A stretch of 64,000 nt of DNA from Azolla caroliniana (taxonomy: Eukaryota; Plantae; Polypodiophyta). The position numbers and the translations under genes were made by a program. Under the pieces are notes generated by a model, which saw only the letters and a list, made by a program, of their open reading frames with translations, searched no databases and was not told the DNA's origin. The stretch lies in the NCBI GenBank assembly GCA_043228905.1, contig JBHGNT010000009.1, positions 14,074,001 through 14,138,000 of the forward strand, given 5' to 3'. Below, in pieces: positions 50,829 to 64,000 of the stretch. Every line of letters begins with the position of its first letter. The first letter of the stretch is position 1.

Positions 50829-51829
50829 GTATTTCTTCCAATTGTGTGTACTGTAGTATAGAATTCTATATTCTTCTATAATTTCATTTTGCATGTTTGC
50901 TTCTGAGAGAGCGAGCGAGAGAGAGGACTAAGAGTTTCTCAGCTATGGGACCAATGAGTAGTTAAGCTGTAGGATACATGATATAGTAATTCTTACAGAG
51001 CTTGTAAAGCCAAATAATTCTGGGTGCACTTCAGGTCTAGAAACATCACTACAAGAAAATAGAAACATGAGTTTGGGGGCGGGGGGTTAGAGATGGTAGT
51101 GAGGATGATGACCACGAACCATGATGTTGGTGATGGTAATGGACCATTGTGATGAGGCCAAAGTCCGGGCCGCTAGACAAATAGTGATTACAAATGTGGA
51201 CGAATTCATGTTGTGAATACAGAATAAAAAATAAAAGCTCTAGGTTTCTTAAAGCTCCATAAAAATGATCTCAATGCATGAAATGGTCTGATTTTGGAGA
51301 TACTTTACAATCGTGACGCGCATAACTAATATTTACTGTATCCAAAGTTGCGTGACGTGCACAACTAATATTTACTGATTTTGGAGATACTTTACAAGCA
51401 TAATTCGAGTAGATATGTTTGAATACTGTATGCAAAGTTGGTTGGCGTGGTGGAATGAGGCCATGATGAATTCAACAAGTGCATGGGTGTTCTCATGTAG
51501 ATCATGTATGAAGAGCAATGATCTCCATGAATCCAATGATGGTATGCACTATGCGTCTTATATCCTGCTTCTCATGGCGTTCATTGTTGTTAGCACTCCT
51601 CATTTGGCTCTATGGGAACTCCTTGACATGTTGTTAGTGGAGGTGTGGAGCTATAGAAGAAATCAGTGATGTGCAATTGCCGTAGCATCCACATGCTAAC
51701 ATAAGGGTTGATTCATTATGCATTTGAATCTTGAGCAACCTTTGGCCTTAGTGTTGTGGATCAATCTTCTCCATCATTTATCGAATGATGATGGAGGGTG
51801 TCATGCTTCTTTCTGATGTGTTTGTAAGT

Positions 51830-53270
51830 TGGACGTTTACATGCAAAACGTTCCTTGCTTTAGATCTCTCCTTCACATAATTTGCAAAATCTTTTGGCTC
51901 TAGGAAGTTTGTCTTGCCCTGGTTTGATCTCTAGTAGTTGGTGGAAGGGAACTCTGAGTTGGTCTATTGCTTTGTGAGAAGTATGTGGCATGTAGACACC
52001 CATGTACCTCAGTCTCTCTATGAATCCATCATCTGAGAAGTTCATGAATGATCATTGTAATAGGGCATCTTTGAGGGGAGAGGCTCCCTTGGTGTGATCT
52101 GATTCTTGTGGGTATAGAGCTGGCATAAATATTGCAGCAATACTTTGTTCTGTTCATCAGTTTGGATAGGCGTATAATATCAAAAGATTGCAAGATCTCG
52201 ATTTCGAGACCATTGTTGCTGAGCCACTTCATATCTTGTGAGTACCATGATCCTTCTACATGTTCTATTGTAATTTGTCACCAATTGTTTGAATGCTTCA
52301 GATAACTTACATGTAATTCTTTGAGGCAGTATGGTTCAAATCAGGTTCATGAGGTTTATTGTTTCGAACAATGCTTCTACTGTCATGGAGAATGCTACCA
52401 ATTCAGCATGGATGATCTCATGTGGTGTGGATTCTTTGCTATGTAATAATGGGTGTTCTATTTGCATCTACATGTACATGGGAAGGCTTGGAGCCCATAT
52501 AGCTTTGCTGTACACAAGGGCATGGGTGAGCATGGTGTCGAATAACCATACTTTAGTACGGGTCATATTAGCATAGCTAGAGCTGCATATCCTTGAGTGA
52601 GTTTGAGCCATGGAGAAACATCCATTTGTGCTTGTGTGTGAATCCTAGGTACACGCGAGAATCAACTACTTCAATTTCCCCTAATGATAGGGTGAAGACA
52701 GCTTTTGGACACGAATTTATCAAAGATCATGGACGTAAGACTTTCCTAGGTTTACCATGAGCTCTTTTTTGTGGAAAGAACCATATAGCACATGGGGATA
52801 ATGTGTTAAAAATACATGAGATTCAAAGACCAAGAGGTTTACCATGAACATGGAAAGAACCATATAGCACATTGGGATAATGTGTTAAAAATACATGATA
52901 TTCAAAGACCAAGATTATGTCATCAACATAAAGAAAAATATGGAAGGGTGTACAAGATATATTGGTTCCCTCACTACCTCCACATTTTGAGGTAGTTCAG
53001 TACCTTGTCGATATATTGTCCAAAGAGGGTAGGTTAGATGGAGTGGGCGTCCTTGCTTCACACCAATGGTGCTTGTGATTACGTCTAATGTCCCCCTAGA
53101 CATATAATGTGTCCCAACACTTGCTACTATAGTGTATATATCTTCTACACCATGTTAGAGCATTTTTGAGTACACAAAGTATTTGTAGGAGACATTGCCT
53201 TGGTATATATAGTGTCAAAGCCCTTGCACAAATCTACACAATATCAATACAATCACTTCTCTTGCATTTT
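51830..53270 (-). mobile_element. Old, highly degraded LINE related to 53331-58487
   Basis: STIGVKQGRPL (RT) and RFCKLCEGEI (C-terminal zinc finger) remnants. Internal ~80-bp tandem duplication at about 52750-52915. Confidence 0.7.
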
Positions 53271-53276
53271 TGTTTG

Positions 53277-53335
<59 letters not shown>

Positions 53336-53527
53336 AAGATATATTAACGTCTTTTAAGAGGCCAAAATGGCCTATAAGACCGAATAAGAGATTACATCTT
53401 AAATGTTTTCTCGTCTTTGAGAACAAATCAAAATAAAGTAAATATTACACAGTAAATATAAAAGTAAATAAGATGAAAAGAAAAGAGACGAGAGAATCTG
53501 GTTTTTGGCCCATGCGAGATTCTCAAG

Positions 53528-56500
53528 TTAGGTGTATTGTAGGTTTTGTCTCCGAAAGATCTCTATCATAGGTCGATCCAGAATCGAAATGTCTCCGAAG
53601 CGAGGGAAGCACCTACAATGGCGGGAGATAATGGCTTTTATTTGTCGATGACAAGGGTGTCGAGGTTGTGGTCCATGGGGCCGGGGCCTACGTGCACGGC
53701 AAATTGCCATTGCCCGATCAATCAAAACCCCTTTGTTATATCCTGGTCTGGATCCCATTTCTGTATCTTGGGGTTGACTTCTAGCATTAGGAGTGATGGA
53801 GCTAAAGAAAGTTGTGATTGTTCTTTGTGGATGAGCTTGTGTGGCTGTATTCTTCAGCAACTTTTCCCGATGTCTCTTGAGCTCGAGCAAGAAAAGTCCT
53901 AGGCATCTTTGGTCCTCATATTCCATTACCTTGCGTAGTGGGCCAAAGCCTTGTTTAAAGAGGCAATGGTATCTCCCTCTGATTTCATAAAAGACACTAC
54001 AATGACAAACATAGTGTTCTTCGGATTCCACTCCTTGATGACACAATTGGCAAATTCTCTCTTCTAGAGGTAGTCGTGTATATCTGCCCACCTCAATCTG
54101 TAGCTGATGTGATGAGGTTCGCAGCTGCCCTATCACACTACGCAGCGCATAGGATAGATGTATGTCCATATAAGGTGGCCTTATGACAAATCCATCCTCC
54201 GATGTATGTAAGAAGTGTGTCTTATAGTGGGCCATCTTTGTACCAAGTGCTATTTTGGGGCTGATCCATGTTATCTTGTTTTCTAAGTTAATAATATCAG
54301 TTCGGATCACTCTATTCTTTTCCACTTTGGTCATATTGAGATGGGGACAGTCCAAGCTATATTGGAACGGGGGTAGTGCATTTATACTCATGCCATGTGA
54401 CTCGAACCATTGCTGCATTTCAGCATACCAACAGTGAGTGTCTGCATTTTCAGCCAATTGTCTTGATGACATAAGTGCCAACCTTGGGTACCTTCGTTTA
54501 GGGAGCTCCCAAAGACGTTGGATAAATGTCACTGATTGGAACAATGCCTCAGTTATTATAGGTGCTGCTCCCATCTCTGCCCGGATAATATTGTGGGGCA
54601 CCGATGCTTTGCTCCTTATCATGTGAGCAATCATTGACACTAAAGGTCTCTCTAAATCTTTCCAATGATTTGCCTTGTTAAGACTCGGTCCCCATGTCTC
54701 TACTCCATAGAGAAGAGTTGGTGTGACAAGTGTATCAAATAACCATAGCTTAGTCCGTGGCTCTTGGAACTGCAAATGTGCACATTGTCTTTCGAGAGCA
54801 CCAAGGGCTGCATATCCATGAGAAAGTCGGGCACAAGCGGCCTCCTGTAAGGAGAACCTAGGTCATGTAAATGTTACTCCTAGGTATGTGTAGGAGCGTG
54901 TGTATTCCACCTTTTCCTCTCCCAAGAAGAATTCTGGTTCTGATCTTGTTACCCATGCTTGGGTGGTGTTAAACACCATCACTTTAGTTTTATTCATGTT
55001 GATTGATAAACCTTTGTCCGTACGAAATAGTTTTAACGCATTTAGATGTCTTTGTAGTCCCTCCGGAGAGTCAGAAATCAGCACAATATCATCAGCATAT
55101 AGTAATATCTGTATAGCTATACTTGCTAGGTGTGCTCCGGAACCACCAAATCTCTCTATGTACTGTGATACCTCATCTATATAGAGACCAAAGAGTGTGG
55201 GGGATAGTGGGCATCCTTGCTTCACGCCAATTGTGCTGGCCACCGCCTCTGACAAGCCCTTAGGAGACCGAACTTTTCCTGAAACAGATTCATAGAGTGC
55301 ATAGATTCCCCATTGCATATCTATAGGAACACCAATGGCCTCTAGCCGCTGCATAAGCCGAGCACGTGGCACAGTGTCAAAGGCTTTTCGAAAATCCACA
55401 AAGCAGCAATAAATCCTCTTATTGTGGGCTCTGCCCTCCTCAATAAGGGCCCGGAGGGTGAATATGTGATCCAAAGTTGTGAAACCCTTCCGAAAGCCTG
55501 CCTGTCCAATTGAACGGCATCCATTTTGCTCTGCCCATATACTCAATTCTGATTCCAGAATCGAGCCATATAGTTTAGCCAAGTAATGGCCAATCATGAT
55601 TGTCCTATAGTTGCTTGGCATCATGGGGTCTCCACTCTTAAGGATTGGCACAATGGTATGCTGAGTCCATCTAGTAGGAAAACCTTCGCACATGGCTCTA
55701 TTAAAGATGTGTGCTAGCAATGGGAGCAAGGTGTCACGGGCATAGATAAAGTGTTCACCCACCAATCCATCATGATCTTGGGCCTTCCCGAATTGTAGCC
55801 TATCAATGGCATTTCTTACATTTTGTGGTGTAAAGAAGGTTGATTCATGTGGGCGTGAGGCATTCGGGTGGGGAAGAGGAGGTTACCCCGGGGTATCATA
55901 TAGGACCTTTGCATATTCGTGCCACACCTGAGGTGAGGTCAGTTGTGTGGTGGGTTGCCTCATTAAACATTTTCCATGCTCTTTTACTCTCTCGTCCTAG
56001 AAACAAGCGATACAAATGATCTTCAAATTTAGCCAAATACAATCTCTTCTTCCTCCTTACGAGGCGTTGGAAGGTTGCTCTCGCTTGGTTGTGTGTATAA
56101 ATGCCCCGAGTTACATCACGTTGCAAGCATCTCCTTGTATCACGACATTCATCATCATACCAACTATTTTGTATTACTCTACCGAGTTTGGGGGGGTTAG
56201 CCGTTGTGTGAGGGAAGGCTTTTGTGGCTGCTTTATGCAATGATTTGGATAAACCTTGGGTAAGTTCAAGGGGTGCGAAAGGATCCAAATCTAGCATGCC
56301 ATTGTATACACCACAACTATAGACATCAATTGTCTCGCGAATGAATAGATACCTAGCCAGCCCCCTCTCCTTAGCATATACATCCTTTGTGCATCCATCC
56401 TTTACCTCAAAGCGTAGATATGCATGATCAGCTGCCAAGCCAATAGGTCCTCCCGATATAGTGAACACTTTTATTTCAGGTATAAGAGATGGAGATCCCA

Positions 56501-57221
56501 TTACATAATCGACTGTGCTTGCACCCCCTTTTGTGTTCCAACATGTCAAAGCATCTGATCCAGGCCATTGTGACAAGCCATTATATATCACAAGTTCATG
56601 CGCGCTTCCCAAGGCTAGAAAGTGTTTTCCATATTCAGTTATAGCACTCATATCTTGAGCTTTTCTCTTTAGACCAACCTCTTCCGCCATAACTTCTCCA
56701 TAGACAGCCTCGTCGGTGTTAAATATAGTTGTTTGTTCATCCTTGGTTCGTGCATTAAAATCTCCTAATAGTATTATATCCCCCATAGTAGCAAATCTTA
56801 TGATATCATCATATAGTGGTAGATATGGTGATTCACCTAGAGGTGCAAACCTTGAATAGGCAAGTGGAAAGTAGCAAATTGCAATATATAGCTCCCTAAG
56901 ATCCCCTCTTTTTATGCATATCCACATGTAGCGTGCATCCACATCCTTATGTACAACATGCACTCTACCATGGAGCTCCTCTTTGTATAGCATAGCCACT
57001 CCTCCCGAACCTCTAGTGCTTCCTTGTGTCCGAGGTTGGGGGCGACATATTGACTCCCATCTGTATCCTTGGACCTCGGGGAGTTTGCTAGCCATACATT
57101 GGTGAGTCTCTGTATACATAGCAATATCTGTGTTTTTCAATGTATCTTCAAAATATCCGACATCTGTCCGTAGAGAGCCGTTGCAATTCCATATGGTCAT
57201 GCGTAGGGTCTCATAGGCCAT
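53528..57221 (-). pseudogene. LINE ORF2 (endonuclease, reverse transcriptase, zinc finger) with frameshifts
   Basis: Three consecutive ORFs with the canonical motifs in the expected order. Confidence 0.92.
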
Positions 57222-57227
57222 ATATCG

Positions 57228-58292
57228 TCATGCGGATCTCTTCTCTGTAATAATGACCTTGCCGTCTCTATATACGGCCCATTTACCTTCCTTTCTTGCA
57301 TCAAGCACTCGTGGCATGTTTTCTTTGCGGTGTGCCACTTGGGCTGGAGTGAGATCGTCATCTAAGTATATCTTTTCACCGTTGAGTGCCTTTCGTTTAG
57401 AGAGGAAAGCTTTTTTCTTGTCAATATCCATGAAGCGGATGATAAGGGCTTTAGCTCTAGACTCATCTCTTCCCACTCTCCACGCCGAAGCAAATGGAAT
57501 ATCCGATGCTCCAATCTTTGTTGCGAGATTCTTGGCATCTTCTTGTGGACTTCCCTTTTCGGCCCAACCAACCACTCGTACATGCAACACACGAGCTTTC
57601 CTCTTGGCTTCTTCTTCTAAAGTAGCATTCATCATTGCCATCCTATCCATGGATGTTCCTTTTTGCTTTTTTACTACCTCTATCCAAGGAGCATTTGCTT
57701 TAATTTCGTTTTGGGCGTGCTCAGCTTGAGCTTTGGCATCTTTGGCGATGTCTGCCCATGTTTGCATTTTCTTCGTGACATTGGCTTTCACTGTAGAGAT
57801 GCATCTTTTCACTGCTTCTTGTCCTTTTTCGAAATCCACTTTTATAGCTCCTAACTCAAGCTTACTTGAGGATATTTCATCCTTAAGGTATTGTGTCATG
57901 TCATCCTTGAGCTCTAAGTGTGATTTCTCCACATGGCTTATAATGTCTTTCCGCATCTCTTCTAATAACTCAGCCTTGATAGAGGCGTACAATTCTGATT
58001 TCTGTTTCTCTATCTCATTTTTCATTTCTTCCTTTAGTGCTATTTCGATATCTTCTCTAATAAGGTTGATCTCTTGCGCAATCAAATGGCGTAGAAGATC
58101 ATGTTTCCCATTTTCGACATTGAATGGAATGTCGGATGGGGCCTGTGTTCTAGGTTCCTTATGCGCCCTTCTGACGCTATTCAGGTCCCGTCCTTTTCGT
58201 CTATGATATCTTCTTGTGGTCTTCAATAGATCTGGACCCTCGTCATGCGTGTTAAGATCCATCTTTTCAGTGTCTGTCCCTTCGGACTCCAT
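57228..58292 (-). CDS. LINE ORF1 protein (coiled coil plus RRM-like C-terminus), 354 aa, intact
   Basis: Ends 6 bp before ORF2. Contains LIIRF...KIYLDDDLT...GKWAVYRDGKVI. Confidence 0.85.
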   Translation of the reverse strand: MESEGTDTEKMDLNTHDEGPDLLKTTRRYHRRKGRDLNSVRRAHKEPRTQAPSDIPFNVENGKHDLLRHLIAQEINLIREDIEIALKEEMKNEIEKQKSELYASIKAELLEEMRKDIISHVEKSHLELKDDMTQYLKDEISSSKLELGAIKVDFEKGQEAVKRCISTVKANVTKKMQTWADIAKDAKAQAEHAQNEIKANAPWIEVVKKQKGTSMDRMAMMNATLEEEAKRKARVLHVRVVGWAEKGSPQEDAKNLATKIGASDIPFASAWRVGRDESRAKALIIRFMDIDKKKAFLSKRKALNGEKIYLDDDLTPAQVAHRKENMPRVLDARKEGKWAVYRDGKVIITEKRSA

Positions 58293-58539
58293 GGTGTCAG
58301 ATGTTGAGGGCAGAAAGAATAGAAATTACTACTGGGCAGATAGAATACAGGAACAGATGAAGATACAGGAAATCAGATTTGGAAGAGAATGCACAGGATC
58401 AGGCATTGCAGAAAATACAGAGGACAGACATTTCAGAAAAGACAGATAGAGCCAAAACCCTAAACGCAGAGCATAAACCCTAAATGCAGAGAGAGAGAGA
58501 GTGTGGAGAGAGAGTGTGTGTGTGTGTGTGTGGCAAGAG

Positions 58540-58639
58540 AGAGAAGAGAGATATTAACGTATCTCAAGAGGCCAAATGGGTTTTCAGCCCAAGCACAAAA
58601 TTACATCTGAAAATGTCTTCTCATCTTGGAGAACAACAA

Positions 58640-58688
<49 letters not shown>

Positions 58689-59414
58689 CCAAAATGGCCT
58701 ATAAGACCAAATAAGAGATTACATCTTGAGTGTTTTCTCGTCTTTGAGAACAAATCAAAATAAAATAAATATTACACAGTAAATATAAAAGTAAATAAGA
58801 TGAAAAGAGAAGAAACGAGGGAATCTGGTTTTTGGCACATGTGAGATTCTCAAGTTAGGTATATTGTAGCTTTTGTCTTCGAAAGATCTCTAGCATAGGT
58901 CGATCTAGAATGGAAATGTCTCCGAGGCGAGGGAAGCACCTACGATGGCGGGAGATAATGGCTTTTATCGATCGATGACAAGGGTGTCGAGGTCGTGGTC
59001 CATGGGGCGGGCCCTACATGCACGGCAAATTGCTATTGCTCGATCAATTGTAACCCCTTTGTTATGTCCTGGTCTGGGGCCCATTTGTGTATCCCGTGAT
59101 GAACTTGTAGCATTAGTAGGAGTGATGGGGCTAAAGAAAGTTGTGATTGTTCTTTGTGGATGAGATTGTGTGGCTGTATTCTTCAACAATTTTTCCCGAT
59201 GTCTCTTGAGCTCTAGCAAGAAAAGTCCTAGGCATCGTTGGTCCTCATATTCCATTACCTTGCGTAGTGGGCCAAAGCCTTGTTTAAAGAGGCAATGGTA
59301 TCTCCCTCTGATTTCATAAAAGACACTACAATGACAAATATAGTGTTCCTCAGATTCCACTCCTTGATGACACAATTGGCAAATTCTCTCTTCTAGAGGT
59401 AGTTGTGTATAATC
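58540..59414 (-). mobile_element. Further 3' ends of the same LINE family (short piece 58540-58642; longer copy 58687-59414 interrupted by a copia)
   Basis: Direct similarity to 53336-54083. Each piece begins next to a GA tract. Confidence 0.88.
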
Positions 59415-62400
59415 TAAAGAAAAATGAGAAGGCACATCTGTTCAGTAATATACATTGGTATGTCACAACTAGAGGGAGAAAATACAGAGATCGCTTATTT
59501 TTACATGAGGAGAAAGTTCCTCTTTATAAAGGCCAAGATATGGCTGTTGGGCTAACTAGCTGTTGGAAACAACTAGCCGTTGGGCTAGCCGTTATAACTT
59601 TTAAACATTCTCAACACTCCCCCTCAAGATGGGCGAAAAATATCCACTAAGCCCATCTTGTCACACAATCTAGTTAGACTTACTGGCCCAAGTCCCTTTG
59701 TAAGACAATATGCTACTTGATGTTCAGTAGAAACATGACTTAATTTTAATATTCCATTATCAAGCTTTTCCTTGATAAAGAATCTGTCAATTTCGATGTG
59801 TTTGGTCCTATCGTGCTGTACCGGATTGTTGGCAATGCTGATTGCTGACTTATTGTCACCCCACAACATCATCTGATTTTCTTGATTCTTCTTTAGTTCT
59901 CAGCCATAACATATCTGCAACTCCTATATCAATAGCTCTATACTCTGCTTCGGCTGTTGACCTTGCTACTACTGACTGTTTCTTACTCTTCTAAGATACC
60001 AGATTGCTTCCAACAAACATGTAGTATCCTGATGTGGATTTCCTATCATCAGCACAACTAGCCCAATCACAATCACAATAGCCCTCAATGTTAAAATGAC
60101 CATGTTTTCTAAAGATTAATCCCTTCCCCGGGGCACCTTTGTGATATCTCAGAATATGGTACACTGCATCCATATGATCTTTCCTCGGATCATGCATGTA
60201 GCGACTTACCACACTTACTGCAAATGAAATATCGGGACGGGTGTGAGTCAAATAAATCAGCCGACCTACCAATCTTTGATACCTTTCACGATCAACTTTC
60301 TCTCCTGCAAGTTCAATTAGCTTGATCTTTTGGTCGATTGGAGAAGTTGTCGAACCAAGCTCGAGGAGATTGCTTCAGTCCATAAAGCGACTTCCTTAGT
60401 CTGCAAACCTTACCTATTGTTTGAATTGTACCAAAACCTGGGGGACATCCATGTACACTTCCTCCATCAACTCTCCATGAAGGAATGCATTTTTTACATC
60501 TAATTGATGTAATTTCCAATCCTTATTCACTGCTAAGGAAGTAAGCGTTCTAACAGTGCTCATCTTTGCCACAGGTGCAAAAGTCTCATCGTAGTCAATG
60601 CCATATGTCTGACTATATCCTTTAGCCACCAATCGTGCCTTGTATCAATCTATTTTTCCCTCTGGGGTTTGTTTTATTGTAAACACCCATTTGCACCCAA
60701 CCGCCTTCTTTCCTGGTGGTAGTGACACAATCTCCCAAGTTTTGTTCTTCTCAAGAGCTCCAAGTTCTTCTTGCATGGCTGCTTTCCATTTTGGATCTTC
60801 TTTAGCAACCTGCCAACACTTGGGTAAAGTGATAGAGTCTAATGATGCAGTGAATGCTCTATGTGGTAGTTGATATGTTGGAATAAGAGATAAACTGAGC
60901 AATATCATGAGGAAAACCATAACGATCAGGAGGGACTCCTGCATTACTGCGAGAGGTCCTCCTAATCTCTATAGGAGAAGGAGAGGAAATCATATCACCT
61001 GTGATTTCTGGGTTTGGGAGTTCTGTAGGTATTTCAGAAGTCGAGGCAGGTCGGGACATGGAACTTGATGGCACATGTGGCACTGAAGATGTGTTCATAT
61101 TTCCTTCTTTCTGCCTCCTCTTCCTTGTATACACCTTTAGCTCCCCCACAGCTTGAGTCCCAACACATATAGGCTTCTCGTCTTCGTTTCCTTCTTCTGT
61201 ACCGCCTACACTCACTTTTTTCTCAGCTGATGTAGGGATCAGTAAAGGAATTGATCCTATTTTTAGCAACCTCTCACCATTATCTCCTTCCCTCATATTT
61301 TCAGTCTCAATTAAGTCATCAATGGGTGAAGTTACCCCTTCTTTATAATATGGCTCTGACTCTCTGAAATGCACATCCATGCTCACAAATAATCTCTTCT
61401 CTACTGGACTCCAACAAACATAGCCTTTTTGTGTGGCAGAGTATCCCACAAATACACATTTTACAGCTTTAGGATCAAGTTTTCCTACAGATGGTCTATT
61501 GTCCTTTACAAAACACACACATCCAAACACCTTTAAAGGAAGGGTTCCAGAGTTATTGCCTTGCAACAACTCACATGGAGACTTCCATTCCAATACTCTA
61601 GAGGGCATTCTATTGATCAATGTGGCAGCCGTCAAAATTGCTTGTCCCCACAACTGCTTTGGGACATTCATAGAAATCATCATGCTTCTCGTTACCTCTA
61701 GAAGATGTCTATTCTTCCTCTCTGCTACTCCATTTTGTTCTGGTGTATATGGGCATGTAGTTTGATGTTGTATTCCTTGATCTGAGAGGTATGCCCTAAA
61801 TGTCATGTTAGCATACTCTGTTCCATTATCAGACCTCAACACTTTTACTACTACACCATATTGAGTTTGAACTGCTCTATGAAAATCTTTAAAACAAGCA
61901 AATACTTCATTCTTTTTCCTCATCAAATATAACCAAGTCACACGAGAGAAGCAATCAATGAAAGAGACAAAATATCGATATCCATTAATAGAACTTGTGG
62001 AACATGGTCCCCAAACATCGGAGTGTATTACATCAAATGCATGGGAACTCCTATGACCTGAACTAGCATATGAGCTTTTACTAAGCTTACCAAATTCACA
62101 TGCATCACAAACAAGTTTTGTTTTATCAGCCTTTTCAAAAAGGTTTGGATACACCCGACTCAAAACGCCATAAGAGGTATGTCCCATACGTTGGTGGTAA
62201 AGTATCAACAATTCCTCATAACTCATTTTAGATCCCCTTACATCTTTCCCTCTACCATAGATGCTAATGCTAAATCCAGCCCTTCACGATCCAAATACCA
62301 TAGTCCATTATGCCACGTGCCAGTCCCAAGTCTCCGACCTGTCCCTTTCTCCTGGAATATCACCTTGGGAATATCAAAAGAAACAACACAGTTTAGTTGG

Positions 62401-64000
62401 TGTATGATAGAACTTATGGATAATAAGTTTACTGGGAAAGAAGGAGCATGCAACACATTAGACAATGTCACAGAGTCGGTACATTTTACTGTACCTATAC
62501 CCACTACAGGTTGTGTTGTACCGTCAGCAATTTGAATGCTTTCTGGCATTGATAAGTCAGTATACGAGGATAATTCATTAGTATTACCTGTTACATGCCT
62601 AGATGCACCAGAATCAATGATCCATTCTGGTGTAGAGGCAAGAGTATTTGTGTTGCTAGTACTTGTGGTTGAATAAGCATAGGTGGCAATGTTACCTCTT
62701 GACATGAATGAAGTATCATCTGCGGCTCTTTGCTTCCTCCTAAGTATTTCTAAGAGAGCTTGATCCTCTTCGGTGAACACCACCTTAGTTCCTTCCTCTT
62801 CTTTTGTTACCATCAAGTTTGCTTGGTGACCTCCTCTTGCACCTCTTCGGCCCCCTCGACCACGACCTCTAGTTTGTCCATGTCCTCCATATTCTCTCTC
62901 CTTCAATGGTTTAGGGCAAGCATTCTTTAAATGACCAGCTTCACCACAATTGTAGCATTTTCGATTTTCACTTCCGCTTGAATTTGACACCATTAGTGCT
63001 GATCGTACCCGTGGAAGTCCGGTAGTGTCAGAGAGCAGCTTCATTCTACGCTCCTCTTGTATCATAGTCGCAATTGCCTCATCAAGTGTGGGAATTTCAG
63101 CCTTGGCTAGAAGAACTGCCCTTCTTTGATCAAATGATGGGTTGAGATGTTTCAAAAATTGCATGGTTCTTCTTTGAGCAGAAATTTCCTTGCTCTTACA
63201 TTGAGGATCATTGCACATTGTCACAGGCAAGAAATGATCGTATACTGCCCATAGACGCTCCAGCTCTATGGCATATTCCTGAATCATCCTATCTCCCTGC
63301 CAAACAACATCTATCTCTTGCTCGATTTGAAATACTCTCATATTGTTTCCCCTACCAACATATGTCTTTTGCAATTTCTCCCATATCTCCTTCACACTTA
63401 AAATTCCATCAATTGTTGTGGCGATTGATGGAATCATGGAGTTGAGAAGCCACGTGTACAAAGACATGTGGGTAGCTCTCCATCCTTTCCATTCATTGCT
63501 CGTTGTGACTAGAGGTTCTTTCTCTTCTCCCGTTAGGTAGCCGTCAAGGCTTTTCCCTGCCAAGGCACCTATACTCCGACGCGACCAGCTCAAGTATGTG
63601 GCTGGTCCATCGAGTTTGAACTCAACTGGGAGGAGTTCAAGTCGGGGTGGCGGTTGTGTTCCTGTCACATCTCCAGATGCTACAATCTCAGCCTGCTTCA
63701 TGTATTTCACCAATGTTTTCACCTCATCCTCGTTCAATTTTGAAAACACCTCATCCATCTTCTCAACTTGGCCTATCTCTGCTCTCCTCTTCTGACTTCT
63801 TTTCTCAAGTCACCTCTCAATCACATTGCAATGTCATCCCAAATAAAAAAAATCCCCCTTTCCTCTCTTGGATGCTAGGACAGTGCTGTTCCAATCGCTG
63901 TCATACCAGCAGAAGGGTGGATCTAGGGTTTTGCAGAGGGGTGGATCTATGCTCTGATACCATAAAGAAAAATGAGAAGGCACATCTGTTCAGTAATATA
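59415..64000 (-). mobile_element. Ty1/copia Ale-like element with short LTRs; 5' LTR runs off the window
   Basis: 3' LTR 59415-59616, PPT 59617-59624, tRNA-Met PBS 63951-63962. 63963-64000 is identical to the start of the left LTR. Gag-protease 62238-63758 (CYNCGEAGHLKNAC, WIIDSGAS), integrase 60859-62226, RT with a deletion at about 60350, RNase H. Confidence 0.94.

Larger units (their letters stand above)
53331..58487 (-). mobile_element. Near full-length two-ORF LINE (RTEX/L2-like), flanked by (GA)n on both sides
   Basis: ORF1 57228-58292. ORF2 pieces 55896-57221 (APE: IWNCNGS, LLGDFNART, TVDY, ADH), 54863-55765 (RT: QAGFR, VDFRKAFD, GVKQGCPLSP, LYADD) and 53528-54775 (EVGRY...ERICQLC...EEHYVCHC). 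Confidence 0.92.

Overview
Eukaryotic, repeat-saturated plant DNA, probably from a seed-free plant such as a fern (inferred from the Tcn1-type chromoviruses, the RTEX/L2-like LINE and a very long TE-filled intron). Most of the window is nested Ty1/copia and Ty3/gypsy LTR retrotransposons, many with readable LTRs, PBS, PPT and 5-bp TSDs. It also holds two hAT-type MITEs, LINEs sitting in (GA)n tracts, a RING-finger gene relic and a probable first exon of a MAP65 gene. The main discovery appears once the nested insertions are removed by hand. Between about 5170 and 29176 lies a degenerate DNA transposon whose Sola-like (DUF7869-type) DDE transposase, ending in a BAH-like domain, is arranged head-to-head with a six-exon gene. 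That gene encodes a ParB-like domain fused to a bacterial-type beta-class N6-adenine/N4-cytosine DNA methyltransferase. This copy is a pseudogene. All family assignments come from motif recognition by eye; no searches were run.
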